Source of the DNA: Gnetum montanum
Taxonomy: Eukaryota; Plantae; Gnetophyta
DNA: 64,000 nucleotides
Reading direction: 5' to 3'
Assembly: GCA_015680685.1 (NCBI GenBank)
Contig: MNCI01002682.1
Coordinates: forward strand, 441,682 to 505,681
Of this stretch, positions 1-14,038 are shown piece after piece. The notes under the pieces are model-generated. The model searched no databases. It was not told the origin of the DNA and was given only the letters and a program-made list of their open reading frames with translations. Position 1 is the stretch's first letter. Each line of letters starts with the position of its first letter. The position numbers and the translations under genes were made by a program.

Positions 1-3000
1 ATGAAGCTTCACTCAAAGTTGAGATGAAGTTCGTGGATCCTACTGGGATGGAGCTTGCTAAGAGGATGAGGAAGTATCCTTTCTCTAATTGGCAGGTCTC
101 CACTAGGAAGAGGTCCCAAAGATGCTCTTCATGGATTGTTTCTCAAATGATTTTGGAGCATCATCTTGATGATGGAAACTAGGTCTAGGCTGCATGGGAT
201 TAGGATGATCCCCTTGGACACATGTTGATGGTGCATTAGGCTTCTTTGAATCGGATGCATTCTTAAGTCATAGGCTCAGGAAGGTCTAGATGCAATCGAA
301 TGTATCAGTGGGACTATATAGTCCTCCTCATTATTTGAAATGGGATGAATGGTAATCTCCTCAAATTGCTACTTGTTAGGAGGAAGAAGTATCCCAATTG
401 CATTGATTCTCTTATGAAGGTAAGAGAGATTCCTGTCAATTCACCTAACAACATGAGCAAAGGGCTTTAGTAGCTTCTTTAAAGAAAATGTTACCTGACC
501 ACTAATAGATAGTTGAGGAGAAGCTTGAGATGGTGAGGTAGATTCCTTCTTTCTAGATTTTTGAGGCATGGTGCTAGGTTCTACTTTATCAATGTTGGTG
601 GAGCTCCTCTTTTTTGAATACTCACAAAGGCTCCTCTTGCCTTTAAGCAAAAGCATGTCATGAATGGAAACACCTTTTTATCGGATTAGTAAATTGATGA
701 GGTGAGGATGCCCATAGATTTTCTCCTTGATGAAAAATCCCAACATGTCTCGATAGAGAGTATGATCTCAGTCTAAAGGTTTTTCTCAAATCAATGCTGG
801 AAGTCAATGGACCTGAGTTATGGTGTGTAAGTGCTAGTAGTACTAGAGGAAGTTTCCTTTGACTTATTTCTCTTCCTTGGTGGTGGCCTTGACATTGCAA
901 CCTTCTTGTGGGCCATGGATTTGAAGAAAAGTGCTCAACTCACTAAATTTGGTGAAGCCTTGGTCATCTCCCCTTGGACATCTATGCTTGGATATAGACA
1001 AATGAATGAAAAATGAAGGTTTGGATTACATAATCATGCTCAATGAAAGTTTTTTATGAAAAGATAAACATCTCATTTGAGAGATAGAAATCTATGGTGC
1101 ACTTATAATTAATAGGTAGATTTCTTACTGGAAAAGTAGACGTCTTAATTGCATTGAACCAAAGCATAGGCAGAAGTCTCTTTTAAAAAGTAGATGTCTC
1201 CTTAGTCTTGAAGATGAGTAGATGTATTAACAAGAAATGGTTTAGTGATGACTACCAAGGATTATAGTCTTAAGAGATATTCATAATGAATTGAAAACTT
1301 ACCTCTACTCACCTTTCATGTTGAGGAGAATGAAGGTGGCTAAGGAGCTTGAGAATGAGGTCCCTCTTTTGGTGTTTCTCTTCTCACATAAAGTTCTTCT
1401 ATTTCCAAAGATTGGATCCCCTTTACAAATTTGTTGAAGAGGACTTTCTCACCATCATTTTGTTTCTTTTTGACTCTCCATACCTTATTAACTTCCTTGT
1501 CCTTTTGAGTTGTCCCCATTCTCTTATTGTCCTGCATACTTTCCTTTCTAAACATATTTGGATAAGACCAATTGGTATATTCTTTTGGTAGTGTGGATAA
1601 TCAAGACCTAGCCTTTGAAGATGCTTGGATAAAATATACATTATTTAGATTTTTGGATCTATTTGGATTTTTGAAAACTTAGAGACATTTCTAGATTTTG
1701 AAACATTTTTAAATATTTTATTAAAAATCTTTGTTTAGCATATAACTTGAGACTTTTGACCTTAAGCCTTTAAGCTTTATGAAGAGGGAAATATAATAAT
1801 CTTTTTTATTTGAAGGGTTTCGACTCTTGCATTTCGATGCAAAGATCCTAGAGTAGGTAGGGAATCAATGAAAGAGGAACATAAGATGAAAAGTGGATCA
1901 ATTCTATATAACATGGATCCTTTGAACTTGAAAAGTAATTTTTTTATATTTTATAATTTTATAAAATAATAACCTTGTGTACTTTTTGGATATTTGAGCC
2001 ATGTACCTATTATGATGAATAAATAATAAGGTATGACAAATATGAATTTATCATGTATGCCATTAGGACTATGAGATTGTAAGAAAAATTTTTCATTTTC
2101 ATGTATGCTATATGTTTAGGAAATTTTAATATTATTTATTATATATTAATATTTTATTTAATTATTATTTTTAATTTTATTAATTAATTTCATAAACTTT
2201 AAACGTAAATATATTTATCTCTAGAAGTCCAATTAAGGTGAAACAAGTATCATTCGAATCATTATTTTACACACTATTTTATGATGCAACTAGTGGAGTT
2301 TTTGTGGCTTTGAAAAACTATGTTTTCCTTTAAATAAATTTTATATAACTATATATGCGAGTATTATAAAATCTTGCTGTGTGATGTTACTGTATTGTAT
2401 TTATGATTCTAATTAATAATTTTTATCTATTTGACTACTTCCTTTTGAATTAGTGAATTAACGTTAAATCCAAATCCTTGGGGTTTCATAGCATTTCTAT
2501 TAGCTATTTATAAAATACTTATAGATAATTAATGGGGGTATTAGAGCTATGGTTCAAGAGCCTTGGTTTGAGTTTTGGATGATCAAGGACTTTGCTAAAA
2601 GCATTTTGATGTCTTGTTCCCCATATTTCAAGCTTCAACAAATTTTGGATTTTAGGTTAACATCTTTATCTATATCTTATTTTCTATCTTGTTTTTGTGT
2701 GCATATCTAAAGTCTAGATAAGGGATAAGGAGGTGAGATGACATCGTTTAGTATAGAAATATTTCTCATTATGTGTCGGTTATGGTAATATCTATAACAC
2801 TAAGGTTCTATGCATTTCATTAGATGAACAAGTTGGCATTAGATTGGTGGCTTTGGGAACAATAGAAATTCCATAGCTAGTCTCTAGTTTTACAGAGACT
2901 TGATGATGAGGCATTATGCTTATGAATGTACAATTGGATATTTTATATTGATAAGAATATGATTTGGACATTAAGTACAAGTTATTGATAGCTTGTAGCC

Positions 3001-5069
3001 TAATCACAAGAGGGTTTTAGGTTGACATGAGTCATGAGGTCCTCACAACTCTAGGGTTCTATGAATTTTGATTGAGACATAAGATGTAGTACACTCACAA
3101 TATGATTGTGATGAAGTATATTGTTGGAATGTGAGTCATTCATTAAGTAATTCATGTAATCTGTGTCATGGTGAGATTGTAAAGAGCTCATGGTCATGTT
3201 GTGGTTTTATATACGTAGGCATGAGTTATGATGAGTACTTAGCAAGGCCACACTTAAATATTAGCCTCTATTTCTTAAGGCACAAGTCCTAGATAGGCAC
3301 GTTGCATCTGTAGCTTAATCTCAATCAAGACCATGAGGCATGATTAACCCACGAAGTAATCACAACTAGAGAAATATAAGTGATGAAAGTGTGATGTCAC
3401 TCAAGTTGGGGTTGTTGAAAATATGAAAGTCGAACATGTTGTGGAAACACATGGTTAATGATCCAATATAAGATTACACCTTGATTTTGGTCATAGAACA
3501 CGTGTTATGAATGAAATGCATTATATGTACAAGAATCTATATCACTTATGGGATTGATGTGTTATATATACTTGTGCATGATGCATAATTAAGTTCTTTC
3601 AATTATATTCTAATCAAGTAAAGCATGTGATTATGAGCTAAGATGAAAATATTTCTATATGTTGCATGTTAGTTTCTTATGTGTTGTGCTATTCATACAC
3701 TATTAATATTTCATATGTGTATGTGATGATGGAGCTAACATGAAAATGTAGACCAACTAGTGATGAGACACCCTGGAGGAGTTGCGTTGACTTCCATTGT
3801 GATGCATCAATGAGGCTCCTATCTTGTCATCATACTAAGAGAGGGAGAGGATAGTTAGGACCTATAACTAGTATGAGATCTTGGGGCATATGGACATGCA
3901 TAGATCTACACTCCAGAATGTTAGTGACCTAGTGTTGCATGTGAGGTAAGAGGTATTAACACCAATAGTAATGTTTGTAATGAAAACTAATAAAATACCT
4001 ATATGTATTAATTATGTTATGAGAACTCATGTCAATGACATCATGCTATAAACTAACTATAGATGTATTAGTTGTTACAAAGACTATGTTATTATGTGTG
4101 TGTGTTTTTTTATTATGATCCCTTAGAATACATATTACTATGGAACGTGTTATGTGTTTATTTGCTATGTATTATGGTCAGTGATTCCTTGGAGCATTGG
4201 ATGTCAAGGTAATGTATTATATGTTTGTTTTGATATATGTCTAATTTGGGTTATCACTAAAAGCATTGATTGCTAGGGGTTTTAAGTTAGTGTGATGATG
4301 ATAGAGTTTATGATCTATGACTATATGTTATAAAGCCTAGTTATATGTGTCTAGACTTTTCTTGTGATCATTCATGTGAAATTGGATATCTGATGCTATA
4401 AGCTTAATGATGTGGATGTTGACATTGATATGAGTATGGCTCTATGTGATGAGATGACATGCTTGTGTGCCTTGAGATATACTAATATCACACCTTTGCT
4501 CTAGCATACCATCAAATCCCACATCCATAGAAGAAGTGTAAAAACTTACACTTAGTCATGTACTAACCTTCTTTACATGTAGGTGATGAAGGTAAGAGCT
4601 TAAAAGACCAATAGACTTGAGGAAGATGATGGGGGCTTGGTTCCATATTCCTATGTTTCCTATTATGCATTTTTATGTGTGAGATGAATATCTTTACTGA
4701 TGGTCTTGGTTTGAAGGGACCATGAGCTATGAGCTCCTTATATAGTCTATATATGATGTATGGTTAGGGAGGACATTTTCCAAACATATGGATTGATATG
4801 TAATGATATTTTGGGCTTGATGTATATGTAGCTTGGATATGTGACTTACCATTCTCATTCATGATATGGTCTTTTGGTTGATATTTGTTAATGTTGATTT
4901 GGTATGTGCTTGCATAGTTAGCTTGTTGATGAGATTTTTATGGAGTAATATATGAAATTTTGCTATGTTTGATCGATTCGCATATGTATAATGCAATGTG
5001 ATATCTCTTAACATACTGGTATATGGTCCATTCTTAGGTAAGGCTTGGTTGGACACACAAGGTGTTACA
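1..5069. mobile_element. Degenerate LTR-retrotransposon-derived block ending in a Tekay/Del-like LTR terminus
   Basis: Long AT-rich, CpG-depleted non-coding stretch ending GGTGTTACA (5061-5069); broken minus-strand ORF fragments in 1-1650; no diagnostic domain recognised. Confidence 0.4.
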
Positions 5070-5115
5070 TCTTACACGATATAATCTTAGATGTTTATCA
5101 CATAGGATTCAAAGG

Positions 5116-5979
5116 TGATGAGCGGTGAGGTACCCCTACACCCAACCATATGAATCACAGGCATCCACATGTGATTTGGTCAAATTCCGTAGACTTTAAT
5201 TACCAAGTATGCTAGAGCTAAACAGTGAGTTTGTGTTGTCCGTTCATTGTCTTCCTAGTCTCACTTGTGAAATGCAAGTGTATGGTTAAGTGCGACTGAG
5301 GCATAAGATTTTTATTATTTTGTGTTTTATCAATTGATCATCTACAACAAGAATAAAAGTGAGAGTAACTAAGTGCTAAGTAAACTATTATCTAATCTAG
5401 CCTAACACAAGTAACCGTCCCCACTTCCCAAACACATCTTGAACTTCATGTAAACACTACTGGGTTGTCAAACGCTAACTATTTCTAGGCTACCAAGTGT
5501 CACATGTATGTTTGATGGGGTCGTGCTTGTGTATTTTAATCAGTTGCTTAATTAATCAAAATTAATTGCTGAATGAATAACATTATTTAAACTACATGAA
5601 ATCACAATATGTAAATGCATAAAGAAAGTCTCAAGTGCTACAAGGATGAATCAAAGAGCTTGTCTTTATTGCCAACACAATGGTGTGTTCAAGTACATCA
5701 ATGCTTGAATAAAGATCTGATCACACTTAGACCTCCTGCTACGAGCACATGGAAAATATTATTACTCTCAAATGAACAAACTACAAGAGTTCCGCTACTT
5801 GACTACCAAAAACTACTCCTGATCATGTGCTCGAGGGCTGTATTTATAAACCCGAGGATAACCCTGCGATATCAAATGCTTAATATCACATCTTAGGCTA
5901 TGATATCACATACCCAATATCATGTACCTGATATCGTAGCCACTTTAATATCGGAGCTTAAGTAAAACATGATTCATCA
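5116..5979 (-). repeat. 3' LTR of Gypsy element A (TGATGAA...CTCATCA)
   Basis: Preceded on the minus strand by PPT-like GAGGACGAGTTTTCATTTAGTTGTGGGAGTA; termini shared with LTRs at 22669, 52431 and 58495. Confidence 0.8.
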
Positions 5980-8900
5980 TACTCCCACAACTAAATGAAA
6001 ACTCGTCCTCGAGTACAAGAGGAACACGTCCCTTACAAAATATATTAGGAGGTATGGAATGTTTGATTAACATACAAAGTGACACAAAGAAAATAGACAA
6101 ATACATAAGTGTCCACACATACATTATTAAAATTGTGTACAAATTTGGGTATTCATGACAACAGGAGAGAACACCCTTGAATCAAATGAATCTCCACTCC
6201 CTCTCAACAACAGAAGAATGAGGGAGAGGTAGGAAAGAGCTAGTAGGCATGCATGATTTCCCATGAGTGGTATTGTTGCATCCTCCTTGGTGAAGATAGT
6301 CCTGCTTCTAGTCCATGCTCCCCACTACAATCACAACAATATCAAGGATTATTGTATAAAGTGTAACACATAGCAGCTGAATAAATTGTCTCGTTAGTGA
6401 TTTTATCTAGCCAAGTTATGATTGTGATAGATTGGTTGCTTGATAATGTTAGTGGGAAGATTGACGAATGGGTTAAGTAAGAGAAGCGATCTATAAAATC
6501 TAGAAAAAGCTTAACGCAAGGAATACTGAAAAGAGGGTATAGAAATTCACAACAATAAAAAGAAGAAATTCACTAAAACCAGTTGTGAAGATGTGTACAG
6601 TTGGATGACAATGATGGGGTAAATAAAAATAATTCGATTGTAAAAATGTCTAAGGTTAAAAAAGTTAACTTAACCAAACCAAAAGATATGCAAGTGGGTC
6701 CTCCACAAAGCAGGCACAAGCCTTTTATGCCCTTGCATAACTTCAAACCAAGGAGTCCATGGGCACCATGGATGAATAATGGTTATGGAAAGTTAAGTAC
6801 AAAAAACCTAGAAGTAACTGACTGAGAAACCTGACAATCAAACCAAAACATTGAATCAAAACATGAAACTAATAGTGAGGTGAGGCATGAAAGGCATAGA
6901 TGGAAGAGAGAGAGAATGGAATGGAGTTCCTCATTATGGTCACATGAATTCCCTTGTGGAGTTTGTGATTAAATGACTCAGTAGCATCCATCCTTAGTCC
7001 GAACCAAAACCAACCACTTTCAGTGACTTCGCATGGACATTCTAAGACTAGTCCATCCCCTGAGACACAAGAATGCTCCCACAAAACAATCACCATTCCA
7101 AATTGGAGAGAATGTAGGAAGTAAGAAAGAGCCTTAGTTAGAGGAGACAAGACAAGTCCCATAACCAGTGCTTGTAGCCCTTTTATTTAGTCTAAGGGGT
7201 GTGCTTTGAATTCCCATATTATTATTATTATTATTATGAATGGAAACCACACCATGCAAAGACCCATGTGTTTTCGCATTTATTTTGTACAAGGGATGTG
7301 CTTTGAATCCTCAATTTTTTCTTGATGAGGACCACACCATGCAAGGACTTATTTTACTTCCTGTTGTGGAATGACATAGAATTGTGAGAAGCTCATGAGA
7401 ACACTCGCGCACACAAGAAAATGGAAAAGCATGAAGAATTTTGCATCCCTTTGAAGCCACACCTTGTTCAAACCTTTGATTCCTTCCTAATTTTGGAAAC
7501 TACACAAGTCACCAATTTATTAAGGTTGCATTAATTAAAAAGGGACTACATGTTTCCAAAACAAGGAAAATCATAGAGTGCATAGATGGGTGGATGATGT
7601 GGACTCGCTTCCTATTACATGAAAAGAAACCATGTCTTAGTCGTTAATAATGACATTCAAAGTCAAAAACCAAGCATCAACAATTAAATCACAAATGAAA
7701 CATACCACCATCGAGTAGCACATTACCATTGTACCTGACACCTTATTAGCAAAAAGAGTAGAGAATCACACCAACACAAGAGAATATAAAAGAAAGTAAA
7801 AGAGTATTCAAGAAATATTAAATATACTAACGATGGTGTAAAACAAAAAAAATCAAAAGACTAAGGAGTTGCATAAAGTGTTAGTATGGGTGGCCATCTC
7901 CCCCACGACTAAGTTGAAAGGGGGAGATCCGAAAGACTAAGCGTGGCTATCAATCTGGCGAGGTGTCTGTTGCGTTGGTTGGCTTGGGCTCATGGAAAGG
8001 TTTCAATTGTTGGGTCTTGACTAATTGTTTCTTATCTAGGTTGTCAGGTTTATAGATAATCATGGCCCCAAATGGAAAAGTCTCATCAATAATGTAAGGT
8101 CCTTCCCACAACATTTAAAATTTGGTTCATTGAGGTACGTGTGCAGGATTCTAGTAGAGGACCTTGTCTCTTGGTTGAAACTTAACTTTTCTTATTTTGA
8201 GGTCATGGCATTTCTTGTTGAATGTCTTATGCATTTTGTTGAATGATAGGGTCATTAACCAATTTTCATCTAGCAAGTTGAGGTTCATTAATCATTCTTT
8301 TTGTGCTAAACTTAGATCCAGGTCAAGGTTACAGGCTGTAGAGAGTGTATGGAGCTCAGATTGGATGGGCAATGTTGGCAGTTTTCCGTACACAAGCTCA
8401 TAGGGAGAATAACCTATGGAAAGCTTCCATGTGGAGAGATAGGCCTAGAGGGCATCATTTAATTTGGTGCTCTAGTTCCTTTGGTATTTGCTAATAGTAT
8501 GCGTTAGAATTTTTGTAATCTCCTGATTAGTGACCTTAGCTTGACCATTGGCTTAAGGGTGATAAGGTGTTATGAGTTTGTGCTCAACCCCCGAGCGTTG
8601 TATAAGTTTTTGAAAAGTGGAACCTATAAAATGAGTTTCATTGTCAGAAATTAATGCACAAGGCACACCAAACTTATTTATGATATTCTGTTGTACAAAC
8701 CAAGCAGCAGTACTGGATGTACAGTTGGTGATGGCTGCTACTTCTGCCCACTTAGTGTAATAGTCAATTGCAACTATTATATATGTATTTCCATTTGACA
8801 AAGGTATAATGGGATCCATAAAGTTAATGCCCCAAATATCGAATGGCTCAAGAGGCTGAATCCATTATTGTGGCCCCTCCATTCAAGTTGTCAACCCACC

Positions 8901-11900
8901 ATCCCTCTAACAATGATCACACGCGCGGACGAATTGGTGTGCATCCTTGAATATTATTGGCGAATAATATCCTACCATGAGGATTTTTATGGTCGTGCAT
9001 CTCCCAACATAATGGGCCCCACAAGGACCTTCATGAGCATCCTGGAGAACAAGTAGTTGATCCATGTCAAGAACACACTAGCGTACCAAGCCATCGGGAC
9101 ATACTTTGTAAAGGTTCCCATTGACATCCACGAAATTCTTGACCTGGTGAAGAAACTTTTGTTTCTTTCTAGTGTTCAGCCCTTGCAGCAATTCTTGCTT
9201 GAGTAGATAAGTGAGGATGGTGTCATACCATTTTGGTTCATTGGGCATTTTTACATTAATAGCCCCTGTAAGGAGAGATTCGTCAGGGAACTAATCAGAT
9301 AAGGGACTCTCTTTCTCCTTGTCATCCCATCTTAGCCATGATAAGTGATCAGCAACCACATTTTCCACACTTTTTCAATCTACCATTGTGAGATTGAACT
9401 CTTGCAAAATCACAAGCCACCGTATGACATAAGGGCTCATCATTGGTTTATTCATTGGAAACCAAATGGCGCTATGATTTGTATGCATAAACACTTTATA
9501 ATCACGCACATAGTACCTGAACTTTTCTAATGCAAACACCACCACCATCAACTCCTTTTGCATGGTGTTGTAGTTCAGCAATGCACCTGTGATACTTCGA
9601 CTTGCGCAATGAATGTAATATGAACATTTTTGATCATCCAACTATGTAAGCACTACCCCCAAAGCATAATTTGATGCATCAGTCATTACATGAAATGGCC
9701 TAGATCAATTAGGTGCTTATAGAATTGGGGTTTCAACAAGCTTCTACTTCAATTGCTAAATTGTTGTTTCACATGCAAGGGTCTAGACAAATGGTGCATC
9801 TTTCTTTGTTAATTCAACCAATGCCTTGGTTATTTTGGAGAAATTCTTGATGAAGCATCAATAGTAGCCAGTATGACCAAGGAATGATCGCACATCTTTA
9901 ACTATTTCTGGTTGACAGGTTATTCCTTGGATGACCCTTATTTTTTCAAGGTCCACCTCGATTCCTGCTTTTGAAATATGGTGCCCCCAAGACTATGCCT
10001 TCCTAGACCATAAAATGGCTCTTTTGCCAATTGAGCCAGAGGTTTGTTTCGACACATCTCCTCAACACCTACTTAAGACAATCTAAGGCTTGCTCAAATG
10101 TAGCTTCATATGTAGAAAAGTCATCCATGAAGACTTCTACCCCACTACCAATTTGTTGTTGGAAAATGCTAAGGACTAATCGTTGAAATGTGGCTAGGGC
10201 ATTACATAGACCGAATGGCATTTGACGATAAGCAAAAGTTCCTCAAGGACTTATGAAAATTATCTTCACCTAGTCCTTTGGTGCAATCTAGATTTGGTTA
10301 TAGCCACTATAACCATCCAGAAATCTATAATAGTTGTGCCCAAAAATGGTGTCCAGCACTTGGTTGACGAAAGGCAATAGAAAATGATCTTTGAAAGTTG
10401 CCATATTAAGCAGCCAAAAGTTGATGCACACCTGCCATTTGCCTCCTTTCTTGGGTACAATCACAAGTGGAGTAACCCACTCACTATCTATAACAAGGTA
10501 GATGAATCCTACCTTGAGGAGTTGTTCAATCTCCTCTTTGATAATCTACTTTAATTTGGGATTCAAGTACCGCTACGGCTATTGTTTCAGCTTAATAGCA
10601 GGATCAGTGTATATTCAGTGCTGGCATATTCTTGGATCTTTTCCAGTGAGCTCGGAATATGACCAGGAAAAGGTTGCTAACCATTTTTTCACAACCTTCA
10701 TCAACATCTTTTATTCTATAGCAGACTTGGCATTAATAATAACCAACCTTCCATTTTTCAAGAACAGATACTCCATCCCAGTCAGTAGTGTCTTTAATTC
10801 AAGGGGTTCTTATTTAAAATTGTCAGGAATCTCCAACTCTCCCCAGTTGATATCATCATTTACTCCCTCGAAGAGCTGGTGATGAACTTGCTCAAGTTCA
10901 TCCATACTTGTAACGTATTCGCACGTTAGGCCCTCAGTAGGTTCTATGCATAATGTACTACTACTAGAATCAGCTATCAGCCATTGGTTGCCTTCTTGTT
11001 TTGTGGTGGCTACGTACAGACATCTTTGAATTTCAACTTGTGATGCACACTACCTGCATGCAGAGATAGATGTTCGATTTACTAAGCATAACTTCTGCAC
11101 ACAATAGCACCCTAAATCGTTGTACGTAATATATGGAACCCTCTTCTTTTCTACCTTTCAAATTCATTTTCTTTAGATATTTCTAAGGAAAGATTTCTAA
11201 TGCTCATTTTGGCATCAACAATGCTTAACCACACCCTTCCCATAATAATTGGGAAGTCCCCCTTGCAATTCTCCACCTTGATTACTAGGAAGTCGAAAGT
11301 ATATGACCAACCACAAATAGTGGTTACAATGTCCTCTACCAGTCCCAACGGAACAATGATGGACTAGTCTACCAGTTTTAGCTGAATGTCACTCTTCTTC
11401 AACGGAGGAAGGTTCCACATCATGTACATCTCATGCAAGATTAGATTAACACCGAAACCAGAGTCAAGAAGAGTTTTACAAGGCTCATTCCTAGCAATTT
11501 GCAAATATACTAAGAGACTCCCAAGATCAGCTAACTTCTTGGGTAGGTTACCGACTCAAATCCAATCATATATAACATGGGTCAACATTACAGTATGGAT
11601 TTGAGAGGGATTTTGGGTTAAAGGGGACTCGAATAAAGGTGAGACAGAGGATGGTGGAGGAGAAGGGTTACCAACCATTGATGTATCTGAGGGCTTTGGT
11701 GGACTACAAGGTCAGAAGAAGGGTCTTTTCTTTGATCATGGTTCCGACCCACTTGGTTGGTTAACTGGTTGCAGATTAACCGCTCTCGTAGCATTTCTTT
11801 GCTATGGTTGGGTAGGTAATTCACCTTGCATGGATCGAGCAGGTGGTACCTGTGTAGGAGATAGAGGAGTTGGTGCAAGGACAAGAGAAGCATGAGGATA

Positions 11901-12690
11901 GTAGGTGGCATCCCTCCTTAGATATGACAGTTGGTATACTTCAAGAGGGTAGTGGTGAGGTTGGTAAGCAGCAACATGACCAAAGGAGTCTCATGGAGAT
12001 GAAGGTTGCTAAACATAGTTGCTGGTAAGAGTGTTGTTGTCTTGGAGGTGTCAATGCCCATGATTGTGGTTGCTACCACTGTTGGTACAATTCATAGGGT
12101 TGTGGTGGAGTTCCATTTGGATAGTACTGCTGTGTTTGGTGAAACTATCGAATGTTGCCTTATGGATAAGGCAATCTTTTGGGTGTTTGCCTTTGTGCAA
12201 GTTGTGGATGTAAGGCATACACCCTAGATTCCTGCAAGTATGACATAATTGGACAACAGCCCTTGGGATGTTAATACTAGCAAATGTCACACCCGCCATA
12301 ATCATCTGAGTCGCTATTCGCAACTATCTCTATCGCAGCCATCTTACCTTTACCCTTAGATATGGCACGTTCAGCTTCCTTACGTCTCCGGCACTCACGC
12401 TCACCACTTTGCTCCTTGGACTCTTTAGCAATTTTTGAGACAACCTAAAACTTGTTGTCCATAGAGTCCCATAATTGGTCAACTTTAGCTGTGATTTCAA
12501 ATTGCAATTTCTGAAGTGGCAAGGTTTTCTGATTAGCCACCTCATCTCTGGTTAACTCATCCTCACTGTCACAAAATCAAACCCCCCTTTTGTGGATAGA
12601 AGGGTCCCTGTTGTATTTTTTTGCAGTTTCTGACTTTCTCAATTCTCCCTCCTCTCTAGCTACCTACTCAATTTGTTGTTGAGATTTTGG
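5116..12690 (-). mobile_element. Degenerate Ty3/Gypsy (Athila-like) element A: gag-PR-RT-RH-INT plus 3' LTR; 5' LTR absent
   Basis: PR (TLLDSG, ~11470), RT remnants (~10550-9900), RH (NYNTMQKELMVVVFALEKFRYY), INT ([13 protein letters not shown]...LISDN, TPYHP); many stops and frameshifts. Confidence 0.9.
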
Positions 12691-14038
12691 ATTATTGAAT
12701 CCTTAATTTTGTTGATGGATTTCTCCACCTTTCCTCTACACTCTCAAGCCTAAATGACTCGAATAAAAGGTGTTTATGTAATGATTCAAAAAGACCAACA
12801 ACAATTTGGGACATTTTGCCAACAACGACCAAGGATCTCTTATATGAGGATTGGTACTAATGATAGAAAGAGTATCCTTGGGCCCATGTCTATTTTGTGA
12901 TTTTCTGAAATTTACAAAATCGTGAAATTCTTGTCTTTTGGCTAGAAAATTCGCTTGATGATCCCCTTGAATACTTAATCCTTGGATTTGAATTTTGACT
13001 TTTATTTGTGTACTTTCTGATTTTGTTATCATTCTATGAGTCCAATGGAGTAGGGAAGATCTAGGATGTTAATTTATGGTAATCAAATGTTAGAGATGTT
13101 AAATTATGATTGTTAAATGTAGGTGATTTTTCTATTCTCTATTATTGGTAAATTATATAATTTGATTAAATGTTAGTGATGTGCAATTTATTATTTTAGC
13201 ATAGAAAAGTTATTGTAATGATTTTTGTTATGAGGGTTGCTAAATGAAAATAAGATAGTATTATTGTGTAATGGAATGGATTTGCTATTTCTGATTTATA
13301 CATTTCTTGTGGCCAACTATTGGGTTTAACAAGTCTATTGATGAACAACATTTGATATATTATTATGATTTGAGAAAAACTAGAATCTAATCCATAAATT
13401 AGACCTGTGCATTGTATGAAAGGAACCTAGCAAAGATTTTTGTTGTCATAGATTACTTTTCATGGTTGTCTTTTATCAAAGGTAAAATCTAGTTATGGTT
13501 ATGGTGTTTTATGCTAATTAGACATGATTTTTGATTAATATTATGAATATATATAAAGATTGTTGTATTGTTTTGTATTTCAATTTGCAATTTTTCAAGA
13601 AGATGAACAATATGCTTTCCTTGAGTTTGACTTCCTTATGATGGATTATATTTTAGCTATGGATAATATAAGACTACGAAGTGAAGTGATTAAATTAATT
13701 AGCTTTTTGCTAAGCTAGATGGCTGCAAATATGATTTTAAGTTTTAGATGTTTTTGTTTTTATAGTGCACTTTGGATACTAGTGTATTAAGAGATGTTAG
13801 TTGTCACATTCACATTCTCTTCCTACTAAATCCTTAGGTCATTCTTTGCATCATATAATTTTAGTTATTATGCTTTATTTTATTGATAATTGTCTATGCT
13901 AGTCTATATGCAAGTTGAATTCTTGATAGTTGATCAACTATTTGGTAAAAGAAAATGCAACTATTAATAGTTGCATTTTCAGCCAACTTGTTAGGGATTT
14001 TGAGTGTTAACTATTGCTTCCTACAAATGGGTGTTACA
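12690..14038. mobile_element. Degenerate LTR fragment
   Basis: AT-rich non-coding sequence ending GGGTGTTACA, like the terminus at 5069. Confidence 0.3.

Noticed and set aside
441-1641. Short ORFs as host genes
   Set aside because: Fragmented, with no recognisable domain, and within TE-like decayed sequence.
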